Below, piece by piece: positions 39,508 to 48,858 of a stretch of DNA of 64,000 nt. A program made the translations under genes and the position numbers. Below the pieces are notes generated by a model. It was not told the origin of the DNA. It saw only the letters and a list, made by a program, of their open reading frames with translations, and made no database searches. Positions within the stretch are counted from its first letter, which is position 1; each line of letters begins with the position of its first letter. The DNA is from Patescibacteria group bacterium (lineage in GTDB: Bacteria > Patescibacteriota > Patescibacteriia > Buchananbacterales > UBA6539): assembly GCA_028688055.1 (NCBI GenBank), contig JAQTYZ010000001.1, positions 242,910 to 306,909 of the forward strand, read 5' to 3'.

Positions 39508-41418
39508 ATGAAAAAAGACCGATTTAACGAAGTAAAAAATAAAATTAACCAAAATAATCAGTCCGTCCAAAAAGGTTTACTTAAAATATATAGTAATTCC
39601 GACGGCTCCCTGCCAGATATTTCTCATTTAGAAATTAACCGCCAACCCAAATGGAAGCTCTTACTCTTCTTGTCTACCGCGTTGATTTTAATTGCTTCAG
39701 CCACGGCGTGGGCCGGGTTTATTTTTTTTAATTCTAATGGAGCTTTAGGAAATAATCATAGTGTCCGTCTCGACATCACTAGCCAGCAAAGTATCGCATC
39801 TGGTGATGAAGTTGATTATGTCATTAGTTATAAAAATATTGATAAAGTAAATTTAAATAATGTTGAAATTATTGTCCGCTATCCAGATGGCTTTACTTTT
39901 ACGTCGGCCGATCCGGCACCGAGCAATGAATTCAATACATCATGGAAAATTGGCATTTTATCGAAGGATCAAGCGGGCCGAATTGAGATTAAAGGAAAAA
40001 TTATCGGCGAAGTTGGATCAATCAAAACAATTTCCGTAACCGCTTCATTCACACCTGAGAATTTCAGCTCAACTTTCAAGGAAGACCAGTCATATAGTAG
40101 CCAAATTACTTCATCCATTTTAGCTATTAATATTGATGGTCCAACTCAGGCCTTGCCAGAGAAAAAAGTTACCTACAAAATTCAATACCAAAATAACTCT
40201 GATCAAGATTTAAATAATATAAAAATTGAGGTTGATTATCCGGCTAATTTTATCTACCAAGATTCTGTTCCTAAGCCCTATAGCCGACCCGATGATGCCA
40301 GAAATCTAAATAATCAATGGGTTATTGATTCACTCGGTAAAGGTGAACAGGGTGAAATTGACATTACTGGGGGCTATGTAGCGGACGATAATATTACCGC
40401 CGCCAATTTTACGGCGCGCATTGGCTTTTTTGATCCCAAGTCAGACCAGTTGTCCATTCAGCAGGATAAAACCGTGGTAACGCAACTAATAAGTCCTAAT
40501 TTAAGCCTTAATTTAATTGTTAATGGATCTAATACGGACCAGCCCATTAGTTTTGGTAGTACCCTTCATTATTCATTGGTCTACAAAAATATGGGCCAAA
40601 AAGATTTAAATGGAGTTTCTTTTACCGTCACGCTTGACTCAGATATTCTCGATTGGTCGTCACTGGATGATAAACACAACGGGGTTGTTAAAGGAAATCA
40701 AATCACTTGGGGTAAAGATCAAATATCTGAGTTGGACGTTGTCCGGGCACTTTCTGAGGGTACCATTGACTTTGCAATTAACGTTAAAGATCCGGACAAA
40801 ATAAACACCAATCGGGATCGACTGCAGGTCACTAGTTCAGCCCAGGCCGACATTACCAATATTGCTGATTTGCCAGATCAACCCTTGACCGTTAAAAGCC
40901 CGGAAATAAAAAATAATATTACTACCGACCTTCAGTTAAAAGTTCAAGGACGATATTTTGACGATGACAATATCGCCGTTGGTACCGGACCATTACCACC
41001 AGTAGTCGGCCAGACCACCAGTTTTAGAATATACTGGTCAGTGGCTAATAGTTTGCATGACGTGACCAATGCTAAAGTGACGGCAAACTTACCGTCAGGT
41101 GTTATGTGGAGTAATAAAAAAATGACGTCATTAGGTTCAGTTGCTTATGACGCCAGCGCGCGAACAGTGACCTGGGATATCGGAAATATTAAAGCTAATA
41201 AAAATTTTAGCGATGTCAATGCTTGGTTTGATGTTTCGGTTACTCCAACCAAAGCCCAAGTTAAAAAAATATTAATTCTAACTGATCAAACCACCCTGAC
41301 CGCAATTGATAGTTCAACTAATTCAAACGTCAGCAAGGACGGTGGATCAATCACTTCAAATCTGGAAGGGGACACGGTTGGTGGTGGCAAAGGTCTCGTT
41401 ATTGATATAACTGAATAA
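39508..41418 (+). CDS. Membrane-anchored protein with repeated DUF11-like Ig/beta domains
   Basis: One TM, then repeated units of the form YxIxYxN...LNNVxIxVxYP..F; GPLPPVVGQTT. Confidence 0.75.
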   Translation: MKKDRFNEVKNKINQNNQSVQKGLLKIYSNSDGSLPDISHLEINRQPKWKLLLFLSTALILIASATAWAGFIFFNSNGALGNNHSVRLDITSQQSIASGDEVDYVISYKNIDKVNLNNVEIIVRYPDGFTFTSADPAPSNEFNTSWKIGILSKDQAGRIEIKGKIIGEVGSIKTISVTASFTPENFSSTFKEDQSYSSQITSSILAINIDGPTQALPEKKVTYKIQYQNNSDQDLNNIKIEVDYPANFIYQDSVPKPYSRPDDARNLNNQWVIDSLGKGEQGEIDITGGYVADDNITAANFTARIGFFDPKSDQLSIQQDKTVVTQLISPNLSLNLIVNGSNTDQPISFGSTLHYSLVYKNMGQKDLNGVSFTVTLDSDILDWSSLDDKHNGVVKGNQITWGKDQISELDVVRALSEGTIDFAINVKDPDKINTNRDRLQVTSSAQADITNIADLPDQPLTVKSPEIKNNITTDLQLKVQGRYFDDDNIAVGTGPLPPVVGQTTSFRIYWSVANSLHDVTNAKVTANLPSGVMWSNKKMTSLGSVAYDASARTVTWDIGNIKANKNFSDVNAWFDVSVTPTKAQVKKILILTDQTTLTAIDSSTNSNVSKDGGSITSNLEGDTVGGGKGLVIDITE

Positions 41419-42503
41419 TGTTAAAAATTGTCAAAAAGTCCAAGGTATCAAACGCCAGAGTGACGGAATTAAAAACGGCCCATGGAAAAATTATGGGCCC
41501 GTTTTTTATGCCTATCGCCACCAAGGCGGCGGTAAAAAACTTATCAACCGATGAAATAAAAAAAGTTGGAGCGCAAATAATATTGTCAAATACTTATCAT
41601 TTGATGATTACCCCAACCAATAAACTAATTAAAAAAGCTGGTGGCCTTCATAAATTTATGAATTGGCCCGGGCCAATTTTGACCGATTCTGGCGGCTTTC
41701 AAGTATATTCGTTGAGTAACTTAAGAAAAATTACCGAGCTGGGTGTTATTTTTAGCGATCCAATGAGTGGTAAAAAATATTCACTAACGCCGGAATTATC
41801 AATGGATATCCAGAGTGATTTGGGGGTTGATATTGCCATGGCTTTTGATGAAGTTATTGGCTATCCCGCCAGCAAGGAACTGGTAAAACAAGCCATGGAA
41901 AGAACCACCCGCTGGGCTCAACGATGCCTTAAGCACCGAGAAAAGCAGAAGCAGAAAAATATTTTATTTGGTATTGTTCAGGGAGGGATATATCAGGATC
42001 TTCGATTAAAATCGGTCAAAGCTTTGACCGATTTGCCTTTTGATGGTTACGCCATTGGCGGAATTGCGGTTGGCGAACCAAGAAATATGATGGCTAAAAT
42101 TTTGGATTGGGTGATTCCAGAATTACCAGAGCATCAGCCGCGATATTTAATGGGTTTAGGTCGACCCGATGAGATTGTCGCCGCTGTTAGGCTTGGTATC
42201 GACATGTTTGACTGTGTTATTCCGACCCGCGAAGCGCGGCATGGACGCTTGTATCTATGGCACAGCAAAAATTTAAAATCGAAAACTTTTTACAAAACAA
42301 TAAATATTACCAATGCTAAGTACGCCAAAGATTTTTCACCAATCAACAGCACAAATCTTAAACAATATTCCAAAGCCTATTTACATCATTTATTTAACAC
42401 TAAGGAGCCACTGGGAATGCGACTAGCAACCTTAAATAATCTTGATTTTTATTTAACCTTAATGTCTGAAATTCGTCAGACAATCAGGATAGGGAAGCTA
42501 TAG
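41418..42503 (+). CDS. tgt: tRNA-guanine transglycosylase
   Basis: FMPIAT, ILSNTYHL, TDSGGFQ, FGIVQGG, PRYLMG, DMFDCVIPTR. Zinc-binding motif absent. Confidence 0.95.
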   Translation: MLKIVKKSKVSNARVTELKTAHGKIMGPFFMPIATKAAVKNLSTDEIKKVGAQIILSNTYHLMITPTNKLIKKAGGLHKFMNWPGPILTDSGGFQVYSLSNLRKITELGVIFSDPMSGKKYSLTPELSMDIQSDLGVDIAMAFDEVIGYPASKELVKQAMERTTRWAQRCLKHREKQKQKNILFGIVQGGIYQDLRLKSVKALTDLPFDGYAIGGIAVGEPRNMMAKILDWVIPELPEHQPRYLMGLGRPDEIVAAVRLGIDMFDCVIPTREARHGRLYLWHSKNLKSKTFYKTINITNAKYAKDFSPINSTNLKQYSKAYLHHLFNTKEPLGMRLATLNNLDFYLTLMSEIRQTIRIGKL

Positions 42504-42587
42504 CTTAACATAGGGCTCAAATAGCAAAAAGTATCATAGAAATATGGTATTTTTTGTTTTATTTAAGCCAAATTTTATTGATTTTTA

Positions 42588-42616
42588 TTGACAAATTTAT
42601 AATTTTATGCTATTAT
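42588..42616 (+). promoter_or_regulatory. Strong sigma70-like promoter
   Basis: TTGACA-N17-TATTAT with extended -10 TG. Confidence 0.7.
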
Positions 42617-42733
42617 ACAAATGTTGACAATGGATTAGTCTGATGGCGAGGAAGGTTAGATCTTCCAGTCCTGGTTTGTCTAGGATCGTAAGCTGTCAGG
42701 CCCAACCGTGCCTACGGGCATCGGAGAAGAAGA

Positions 42734-43285
42734 ATGCGCAAGATCTTAGCAGCAATGGCAGTTTTGTTGAGTATGTCCCTGTACAACCAGGTCGGCACCG
42801 TCAGTGCGGCGGACGGAATGACGAACTCGGCATGGGACAAGCCTCTCACGATCAACAACACGGATGTCTACTGGGTGGAACGGGACGTGAATGACGTTGT
42901 TCATTCAACCGTCACCAACGAGCCCAGGTGGTTCTCAAAGGAGTGCGGCCTCTTGGTTATTCCAACTCGGGTCGTCGAAGACCGCGTCTACTTTGCCAAG
43001 TTTGGCAAGGAGTGGTATATCCACAGGAGTGACCTGGCCGATAACCCCAGGGCGACTGTTCAGTGGCTGGAATCCTACTCGATTGGTGGTACAGCCATTC
43101 TCGGAGTTACGTCACTGTGGGACGCGATCGAAATCGCGGCCAGCAGCAGCAGCTACCCCGAAGTGACGGCGAAGATCATGAACCAGTTGGCCGCGGAACG
43201 GTTCTATGACCCCTGCAAGTACGCTGACCTCAATCGGCGGGATATCTTCAATACCCTAAAGGAAGCCCAGCTTCCCGTTCGGTGA
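42734..43285 (+). CDS. High-GC orphan secreted protein
   Basis: Sec-type signal MRKILAAMAVLLSMSL...VSA-A; GGAG SD at 42723; 36/60 GC in line 43021. Confidence 0.75.
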   Translation: MRKILAAMAVLLSMSLYNQVGTVSAADGMTNSAWDKPLTINNTDVYWVERDVNDVVHSTVTNEPRWFSKECGLLVIPTRVVEDRVYFAKFGKEWYIHRSDLADNPRATVQWLESYSIGGTAILGVTSLWDAIEIAASSSSYPEVTAKIMNQLAAERFYDPCKYADLNRRDIFNTLKEAQLPVR

Positions 43286-43303
43286 AGTCCCCGCGAAGTC
43301 TTA

Positions 43304-43352
43304 TGGCCCCAGGAGTTTTGCGAAAGCGTCTCTCTGGGGCCGCTTTCTTTTT
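43304..43352 (+). terminator. Long hairpin with GAAA tetraloop and U-rich tail
   Basis: TGGCCCCAGGAG...GC-GAAA-GC...CTCTCTGGGGCCG then CTTTCTTTTT. Confidence 0.75.
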
Positions 43353-43483
43353 AGATTTACTAAGTTTGGTTTAAACTTGACATATTTATAGTTCTCCTTT
43401 ACTGTTTTTAATAAAACAATAACCATCCAGTTTGTTTTTGCCTACGATCTAATTACAAAACAATAAATATTACCAACTCTATT

Positions 43484-44011
43484 ATGATTAATTTTTCAGC
43501 CGTTGCGGTTGTAACAATTGACGGTAAGATTGCGAAAAATAAAAATCATCACACGAATTGGTCTAGCCGGGCGGACAAAATTTTTTTAAAAACTCAGATT
43601 GAAAAATCCGACGTCATTGTTGTTGGGCATAACACCTACAACGTGGCAAAAAAAAATTTACCCAACCATATTTTCTTAAAAAGAAAATATATTGTGTTAA
43701 CTTCTAGGCCTAAAAAGAATGTTTTCGGCCATAATGTTTTATGGTGTGACCCTGAAAAAGTTGACCTGCTAGCGCTAGTAAAAAAATATAATTATAAAAA
43801 AATTTGTGTTTTAGGCGGAACTAAAACATACACGACTTTGATGAAACAAAATCTAATTAATGAACTATTTTTGACCATTGAGCCAATTATTTTCGGATCA
43901 GGATTAAATCTATTTGATGGTGAAAACTTCTCAGCTAAATTTAGGCTAAGGTCAATAAAAAAACTAAATAGTTTAGGCACGATTCTTTTACATTATCTTA
44001 AGCTTAACTGA
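43484..44011 (+). CDS. Dihydrofolate reductase / RibD C-terminal family protein
   Basis: VTIDGKIA, VVGHNTY, VLGG, INELFLTIEPIIFGSG. Confidence 0.85.
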   Translation: MINFSAVAVVTIDGKIAKNKNHHTNWSSRADKIFLKTQIEKSDVIVVGHNTYNVAKKNLPNHIFLKRKYIVLTSRPKKNVFGHNVLWCDPEKVDLLALVKKYNYKKICVLGGTKTYTTLMKQNLINELFLTIEPIIFGSGLNLFDGENFSAKFRLRSIKKLNSLGTILLHYLKLN

Positions 44012-44129
44012 CCAAAACCGTTAGGTACACTACGATAAACCGTGTTTTCTTAGAAAACTAAAGGAGCCACCTAATAATCATGATTACCTTAAGGTGCCCC
44101 GTTGAATGCTAACAATTATGCCAGACCGT

Positions 44130-44157
44130 AAGCCGGACACGAGTCCGGCTTTTTTTT
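44130..44157 (+). terminator. Intrinsic terminator
   Basis: AAGCCGGAC-ACGA-GTCCGGCTT followed by a T-tract. Confidence 0.85.
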
Positions 44158-44190
44158 ATTAACAATTTAATGTTATAATATAATCAAATA

Positions 44191-44559
44191 ATGAAGAAAG
44201 GATTGATTTACACTCCAGTAAAATATATTGCCATCGGTTTAGTTGGTGATGTTTTATATTGGCCAATTTGGTGGTATACCGTCGGGTTAGTTAAAACGCT
44301 AAAAATGTGTTTTCGTGAGATCGCGGCGCAGGAGTCGAGACTGGGTCTTTCAATTTGGGCCAAGAATATATTTACCCCGATGTTTGGACAGTATGACGTC
44401 GAGGGACGAATTATTAGTTTTTTTGCCAGACTAATCCAAATTATTTATCGCTCAGTTTTATTGCTGGTTTGGTCAATTTTTGTAATGATCATACTTATTG
44501 TTTGGATTTTTACGCCCTTTTTTGTTGTCTATCAAATATATTATCTATTTTTAAATTAA
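44191..44559 (+). CDS. Hypothetical membrane protein, abutting the Clp ATPase gene
   Basis: YWPIWWY, NIFTPMFGQYD, GRIISFFAR, hydrophobic C-terminus; stop directly adjoins the next ATG. Confidence 0.8.
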   Translation: MKKGLIYTPVKYIAIGLVGDVLYWPIWWYTVGLVKTLKMCFREIAAQESRLGLSIWAKNIFTPMFGQYDVEGRIISFFARLIQIIYRSVLLLVWSIFVMIILIVWIFTPFFVVYQIYYLFLN

Positions 44560-47325
44560 ATGAGTAATACCGGATCTAAAAAAGAAGTACAAATAATAAA
44601 GTGTGATGCTTGTAATTCTACCGGCAAGCAGGGGATTAAAAGGTGTGAAAATTGTGGGGGTATTGGTATTGCTGGCTGGACCGGGTCAGAATTATTATAC
44701 TGGGGCAAAATCATAAGTTATGCGAAAATTGCCGAGGACAGACTTTTTTATTTAGTTAATAAGACAATTAATGGAGTGCTGTATTTATTTGGTGTAATCG
44801 GCATTTCATTATTGGGTTATTCATTATTAAAAAATTGGCAATTAACCGGTGTGAATATTGCTTATCTTAATAAACCTAGTTTAATTCTGTTGGTGTTCTA
44901 TGTTTCAATTCTAACGGATACCTATTTAATTTATCGATTCAATCGAGAGCTAGAAAAAATTAGGTTTATTCCCAAAAAAAAATATGATGATGATTCGCGA
45001 GATGTTATTAATACTATCAACTGGGAAGTGATAAAAAAAATTAGTCGAAAAAAGAAAATTGATATCGCGGAATATTTTAATACTGACGCGGAAAAATCAG
45101 TAGCCGAGTCATGGAAAATAGCTAATAAATATCACGATGCCGTGGTGACGCCAATTCACTTGTTTGTTGCCCTACTAGGTAACTCACAAACGCAAATTAT
45201 TTTTAGTCGTCTAGGTATTTCATTTACGACGTTAAAAAATAAGATTAGAAACACTCTCGCGCAGCAACTTGAACTGACTGATTCTCAGGCCATTATCGGC
45301 GAAAATTTATGGGCTATTATTTTTAGCTCCTATTTGTTAGCTTATGAAAAAAGACAAAAAAAAGTCGATGTTATTGAATTATTAGAACAAATGGCCTCGC
45401 AGGAAAACGAAGTTACGACCCTACTTTATGATTTAGATGTGACAAAAAATAAAATAGTAAACGTTATTTCCTGGCTTCGGATTAGAAAACAACTCAGGGA
45501 AAACTGGCTCAAATTTAGACAACGCGCGTCCTTGAGACCAAAAAGTTCAATGAACAGGGCGATGACAGCTGTTGCGTCGCCAGTCTTGGATGTTTTCGGT
45601 CACGATATAACTTATTTAGCTCAATCAGGTTATTTATTCCCGTGTATCGGGCGCGACGACGAAATTGAAACTATTTTTCAAAATATTAAGGGCGGAAGCC
45701 GCAAAAGTACCCTCCTGATTGGAAATCCCGGAGTCGGCCGGAATACAATTATTGAAGGGGTTGCCCAAAAAATGGTGGCCGAAGCAGTGCCAAAATTTTT
45801 AGCAGACAAAAGATTAGTTAGTTTGAGCGTTGCCAAGTTAGTCAGCGGTGCTTCTCCGTCCGAAGCGCAGCAGCGCCTAATGTTAATAACTAACGAAATC
45901 CGCCGCGCCGGTAATATTATTCTGTATATTTCGGATATTCATAATATGATTGGTATAACATCCGGCCGGCAAGGTAGTATTGATCTGGCCGATGTTCTTT
46001 CTCAGTCGTTAAAAAATATTGTTTGTTTCGCCACCACGACGCCGTCGGACTATAGTCGATATATCGAAAATAAAAGCTCAATTGATAGCGTTTTTTCCAA
46101 ACTCAATATTGATGAAGTGACCGGCGATGAGGCAATCCAAATTCTTGAAGCCAAGGCCGGAACCGTCGAATATCAACAAAAAGTATTTTTTTCCTATGAT
46201 GCTATTTCAAAGATTGTCGATTTGTCTGATCGCTACTTGCATGATCGCTACTTACCCGAAAAGGCTATTGAAATTTTGCAGGAAGTGTCCACTAAAATTA
46301 GAGACAGTAAAGGAAAAAACAGCACCATTACCGGTAATGATGTTGCCATTATAATTTCGGATAAAACAAAAATTCCATTAGCTGACATAACTCAGGAGGA
46401 ATCAGAAAAACTTCTAAACTTAGAAACAAAGATTCATGAGCGGATGGTTGATCAACAAGAAGCTGTTTCAATGGTTGCTTCTAGCCTTAGGCGTGCCAGA
46501 GCTGAGATGAGAGACATCTCGCGGCCAATTGTAAATCTTCTATTTTTGGGTCCCACCGGCGTTGGTAAAACCGAACTTGCTAAAACTGTTGCCGAGGTTT
46601 ATTTTGGTGCCGCGGAAAATATGATTAGACTGGATATGTCAGAGTATCAGGAAAAAAATAGCGTTAACAGATTAATTGGCTCGCCCACTGGCTACTCTGA
46701 TTCGTCTGGCGGTGGATTTTTAAGTGACGCCGTTAGAAAAAATCCTTTCTCCTTGATTTTACTTGATGAAATTGAAAAGGCGCATCCTGACATTTTAAAT
46801 ATTTTTTTACAAGTTATGGATGACGGCCGCCTGACCGATAATAGCGGAAAAACAATTGATTTTACCAACACGATTATTATTGCAACTTCTAACGCCGGTA
46901 CGCAGTATATTCAAGACAGAATTGCGGCTGGCGATTCAGTTGAAAATATTAAAAATAGTCTTGTTGATTCTCAATTAGGGCAGTATTTTAGGCCGGAATT
47001 ACTTAACCGTTTTGATGGAATTATTGTCTTTAAGCCGCTTAGTATGGCTGATGTTGTGGCGATTGCCAAATTAATGATTAATAAAGTCGCCAAAAATTTA
47101 GAAACCAAGGGGATAGCCCTTGACGTTAGCCAGGTGGCGCTTGAGAAACTAGCCAGTGAAGGCTTTGATATAAATTTTGGCGCCAGGCCACTACGTCGAG
47201 TCATCCAGCAAAAATTGCAAGACCCAATTGCTAATTTGATTTTGGCCAGCCAGGCCACGAGACGCGACACTATCGTTTATGATGAAAATCAGAATTTGAG
47301 CCTTAAAAAAGCCCGGCCAATTTAA
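44560..47325 (+). CDS. Clp/Hsp100-family AAA+ ATPase with N-terminal zinc finger and two TM helices
   Basis: CDAC...CENCGG; two TM segments; Clp-N region (HLFVAL); IGRDDE; NBD1 GNPGVGRN; NBD2 GPTGVGKT, RLDMSEY, LLDEIEKAH, FRPELLNR, GARPLRR. Confidence 0.92.
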   Translation: MSNTGSKKEVQIIKCDACNSTGKQGIKRCENCGGIGIAGWTGSELLYWGKIISYAKIAEDRLFYLVNKTINGVLYLFGVIGISLLGYSLLKNWQLTGVNIAYLNKPSLILLVFYVSILTDTYLIYRFNRELEKIRFIPKKKYDDDSRDVINTINWEVIKKISRKKKIDIAEYFNTDAEKSVAESWKIANKYHDAVVTPIHLFVALLGNSQTQIIFSRLGISFTTLKNKIRNTLAQQLELTDSQAIIGENLWAIIFSSYLLAYEKRQKKVDVIELLEQMASQENEVTTLLYDLDVTKNKIVNVISWLRIRKQLRENWLKFRQRASLRPKSSMNRAMTAVASPVLDVFGHDITYLAQSGYLFPCIGRDDEIETIFQNIKGGSRKSTLLIGNPGVGRNTIIEGVAQKMVAEAVPKFLADKRLVSLSVAKLVSGASPSEAQQRLMLITNEIRRAGNIILYISDIHNMIGITSGRQGSIDLADVLSQSLKNIVCFATTTPSDYSRYIENKSSIDSVFSKLNIDEVTGDEAIQILEAKAGTVEYQQKVFFSYDAISKIVDLSDRYLHDRYLPEKAIEILQEVSTKIRDSKGKNSTITGNDVAIIISDKTKIPLADITQEESEKLLNLETKIHERMVDQQEAVSMVASSLRRARAEMRDISRPIVNLLFLGPTGVGKTELAKTVAEVYFGAAENMIRLDMSEYQEKNSVNRLIGSPTGYSDSSGGGFLSDAVRKNPFSLILLDEIEKAHPDILNIFLQVMDDGRLTDNSGKTIDFTNTIIIATSNAGTQYIQDRIAAGDSVENIKNSLVDSQLGQYFRPELLNRFDGIIVFKPLSMADVVAIAKLMINKVAKNLETKGIALDVSQVALEKLASEGFDINFGARPLRRVIQQKLQDPIANLILASQATRRDTIVYDENQNLSLKKARPI

Positions 47326-47396
47326 AAAATTACTCCTAATATAAAACATCAGTCGGAAGCACTATTATATTAATAACGACAAAACTGTTAATCATC

Positions 47397-48434
47397 ATGA
47401 ATTACATTTATTTGCTAACCTTGCTAATTGCCGTCTTATCGTCAATAATTTTAACTCCCATTGTTAAACAATTAGCAATAAAAAAAAATATTGTCGACTT
47501 ACCAAATCCAAGAAAAATTCATTCAAGACCAACGCCGTTATTGGGCGGTCTCGCCATTTTTGGCTCTTTTTTTATTTCAATTTATCTAATATTAACCCTA
47601 GCCGGAATTTATGATTCGAGAGTCAGTAGCTGGCAATTATTTGCCATATTTATCGGGGGGATTATTATTATGCTCGGTGGCTATTTTGATGATAAATTTA
47701 ATCTCAAGCCATCAACTCAAATAATATTTCCCGTTATTTCATCAATCATCATCGTGATGTCTGGAATCAGAATTAACTATGTTACTAACCCCGGCGGTGG
47801 TATCTACCATTTTTCGGTAATGTTTGGATCAATGATGGCTTTTATTTGGTTGTTAGGAATGAGCTACACGACCAAATTTTTAGACGGACTTGATGGGCTA
47901 CTTTCGGGGGTAACATTTATCGGTTCAATTATTATTTTTTTTGTCAGCTTACGCTGGGATTTGCCGTTGTCGCTAACGTCGATTATGTGTATGGCGCTTG
48001 CCGGTTCCACCCTTGGGTTTTTGTTTTTTAATTGGCATCCGGCCAAAATTTTTCTCGGCGAGGGCGGGAGTATCTTTTGTGGTTTTATGTTGGGTGTATT
48101 AGCGATAATATCAGGCTCGAAGATTGCCACCGCCCTCCTAATAATGGGCGTTCCAATTCTCGATGTGCTATGGGTCATCGCTCGAAGATTATTTGAAAAA
48201 AAATCACCAACCGCTAGCGATCGAAAGCATCTCCATTTTAGATTAATTGACGTTGGCCTTAGTCACCGACAAACGGTTATTTTTTTGTATTTTATTACGG
48301 CGATTTTTGGCATCACCTCATTATTCTTGCATTCAAAAGGAAAAATATATGCCTTAGCAATGCTAACTATTTTTATGGTTTTGCTGGCCCTAGTATTGGT
48401 TTGGTCTTATCGAAAAAAAAATGCGAAAATTTAA
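47397..48434 (+). CDS. MraY/WecA/TagO-family polyprenyl-phosphate GlcNAc-1-P transferase
   Basis: RKIHSRPTPLLGG, GYFDDK, FLDGLDGL, FNWHPAKIFLGEGG, DRKHLH. Confidence 0.92.
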   Translation: MNYIYLLTLLIAVLSSIILTPIVKQLAIKKNIVDLPNPRKIHSRPTPLLGGLAIFGSFFISIYLILTLAGIYDSRVSSWQLFAIFIGGIIIMLGGYFDDKFNLKPSTQIIFPVISSIIIVMSGIRINYVTNPGGGIYHFSVMFGSMMAFIWLLGMSYTTKFLDGLDGLLSGVTFIGSIIIFFVSLRWDLPLSLTSIMCMALAGSTLGFLFFNWHPAKIFLGEGGSIFCGFMLGVLAIISGSKIATALLIMGVPILDVLWVIARRLFEKKSPTASDRKHLHFRLIDVGLSHRQTVIFLYFITAIFGITSLFLHSKGKIYALAMLTIFMVLLALVLVWSYRKKNAKI

Positions 48435-48858
48435 TTTTGTTCTGCTCGTCGTTTTATTGTTCGTCTTAATTGTAATTGCTAAGGTCATTAATTTTAGTAG
48501 CTCAAAAGTTACCATTAATAACAGCCCATTTTACGTCACCGTCGCCCAAGATAATATTGCCCTGGCTCAAGGATTATCAGGAGCCACTAAACTCGCAGCT
48601 AACGAGGGCATGCTGTTTATTTTTTCCAACAGACAAAAACAATCTTTTTGGATGAAGGGTATGCTTTTTCCGCTCGATTTAATTTGGATCACAGATAATA
48701 AAATCGTCGGTCTGGCACCAAATTTGCCGATACCAACATCAACTGAATACACAATCTACAATTCGCCCGAACCAATAGACTACGTGTTGGAAATTAACGC
48801 TGGTACTATCAAAAAAATCAACGCTAAAATCGGTGATGAGGTAACAATAAAAAAATGA
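48421..48858 (+). CDS. DUF192 domain protein
   Basis: QGLSG, EGMLFIF, FWMKGMLFPLDLIWI, YVLEINAG. Confidence 0.92.
   Translation: MRKFNFVLLVVLLFVLIVIAKVINFSSSKVTINNSPFYVTVAQDNIALAQGLSGATKLAANEGMLFIFSNRQKQSFWMKGMLFPLDLIWITDNKIVGLAPNLPIPTSTEYTIYNSPEPIDYVLEINAGTIKKINAKIGDEVTIKK

Noticed and set aside
42640-42700. Hammerhead ribozyme (CTGATG start)
   Set aside because: Lacks the full CUGANGA and GAAA core in the required arrangement.
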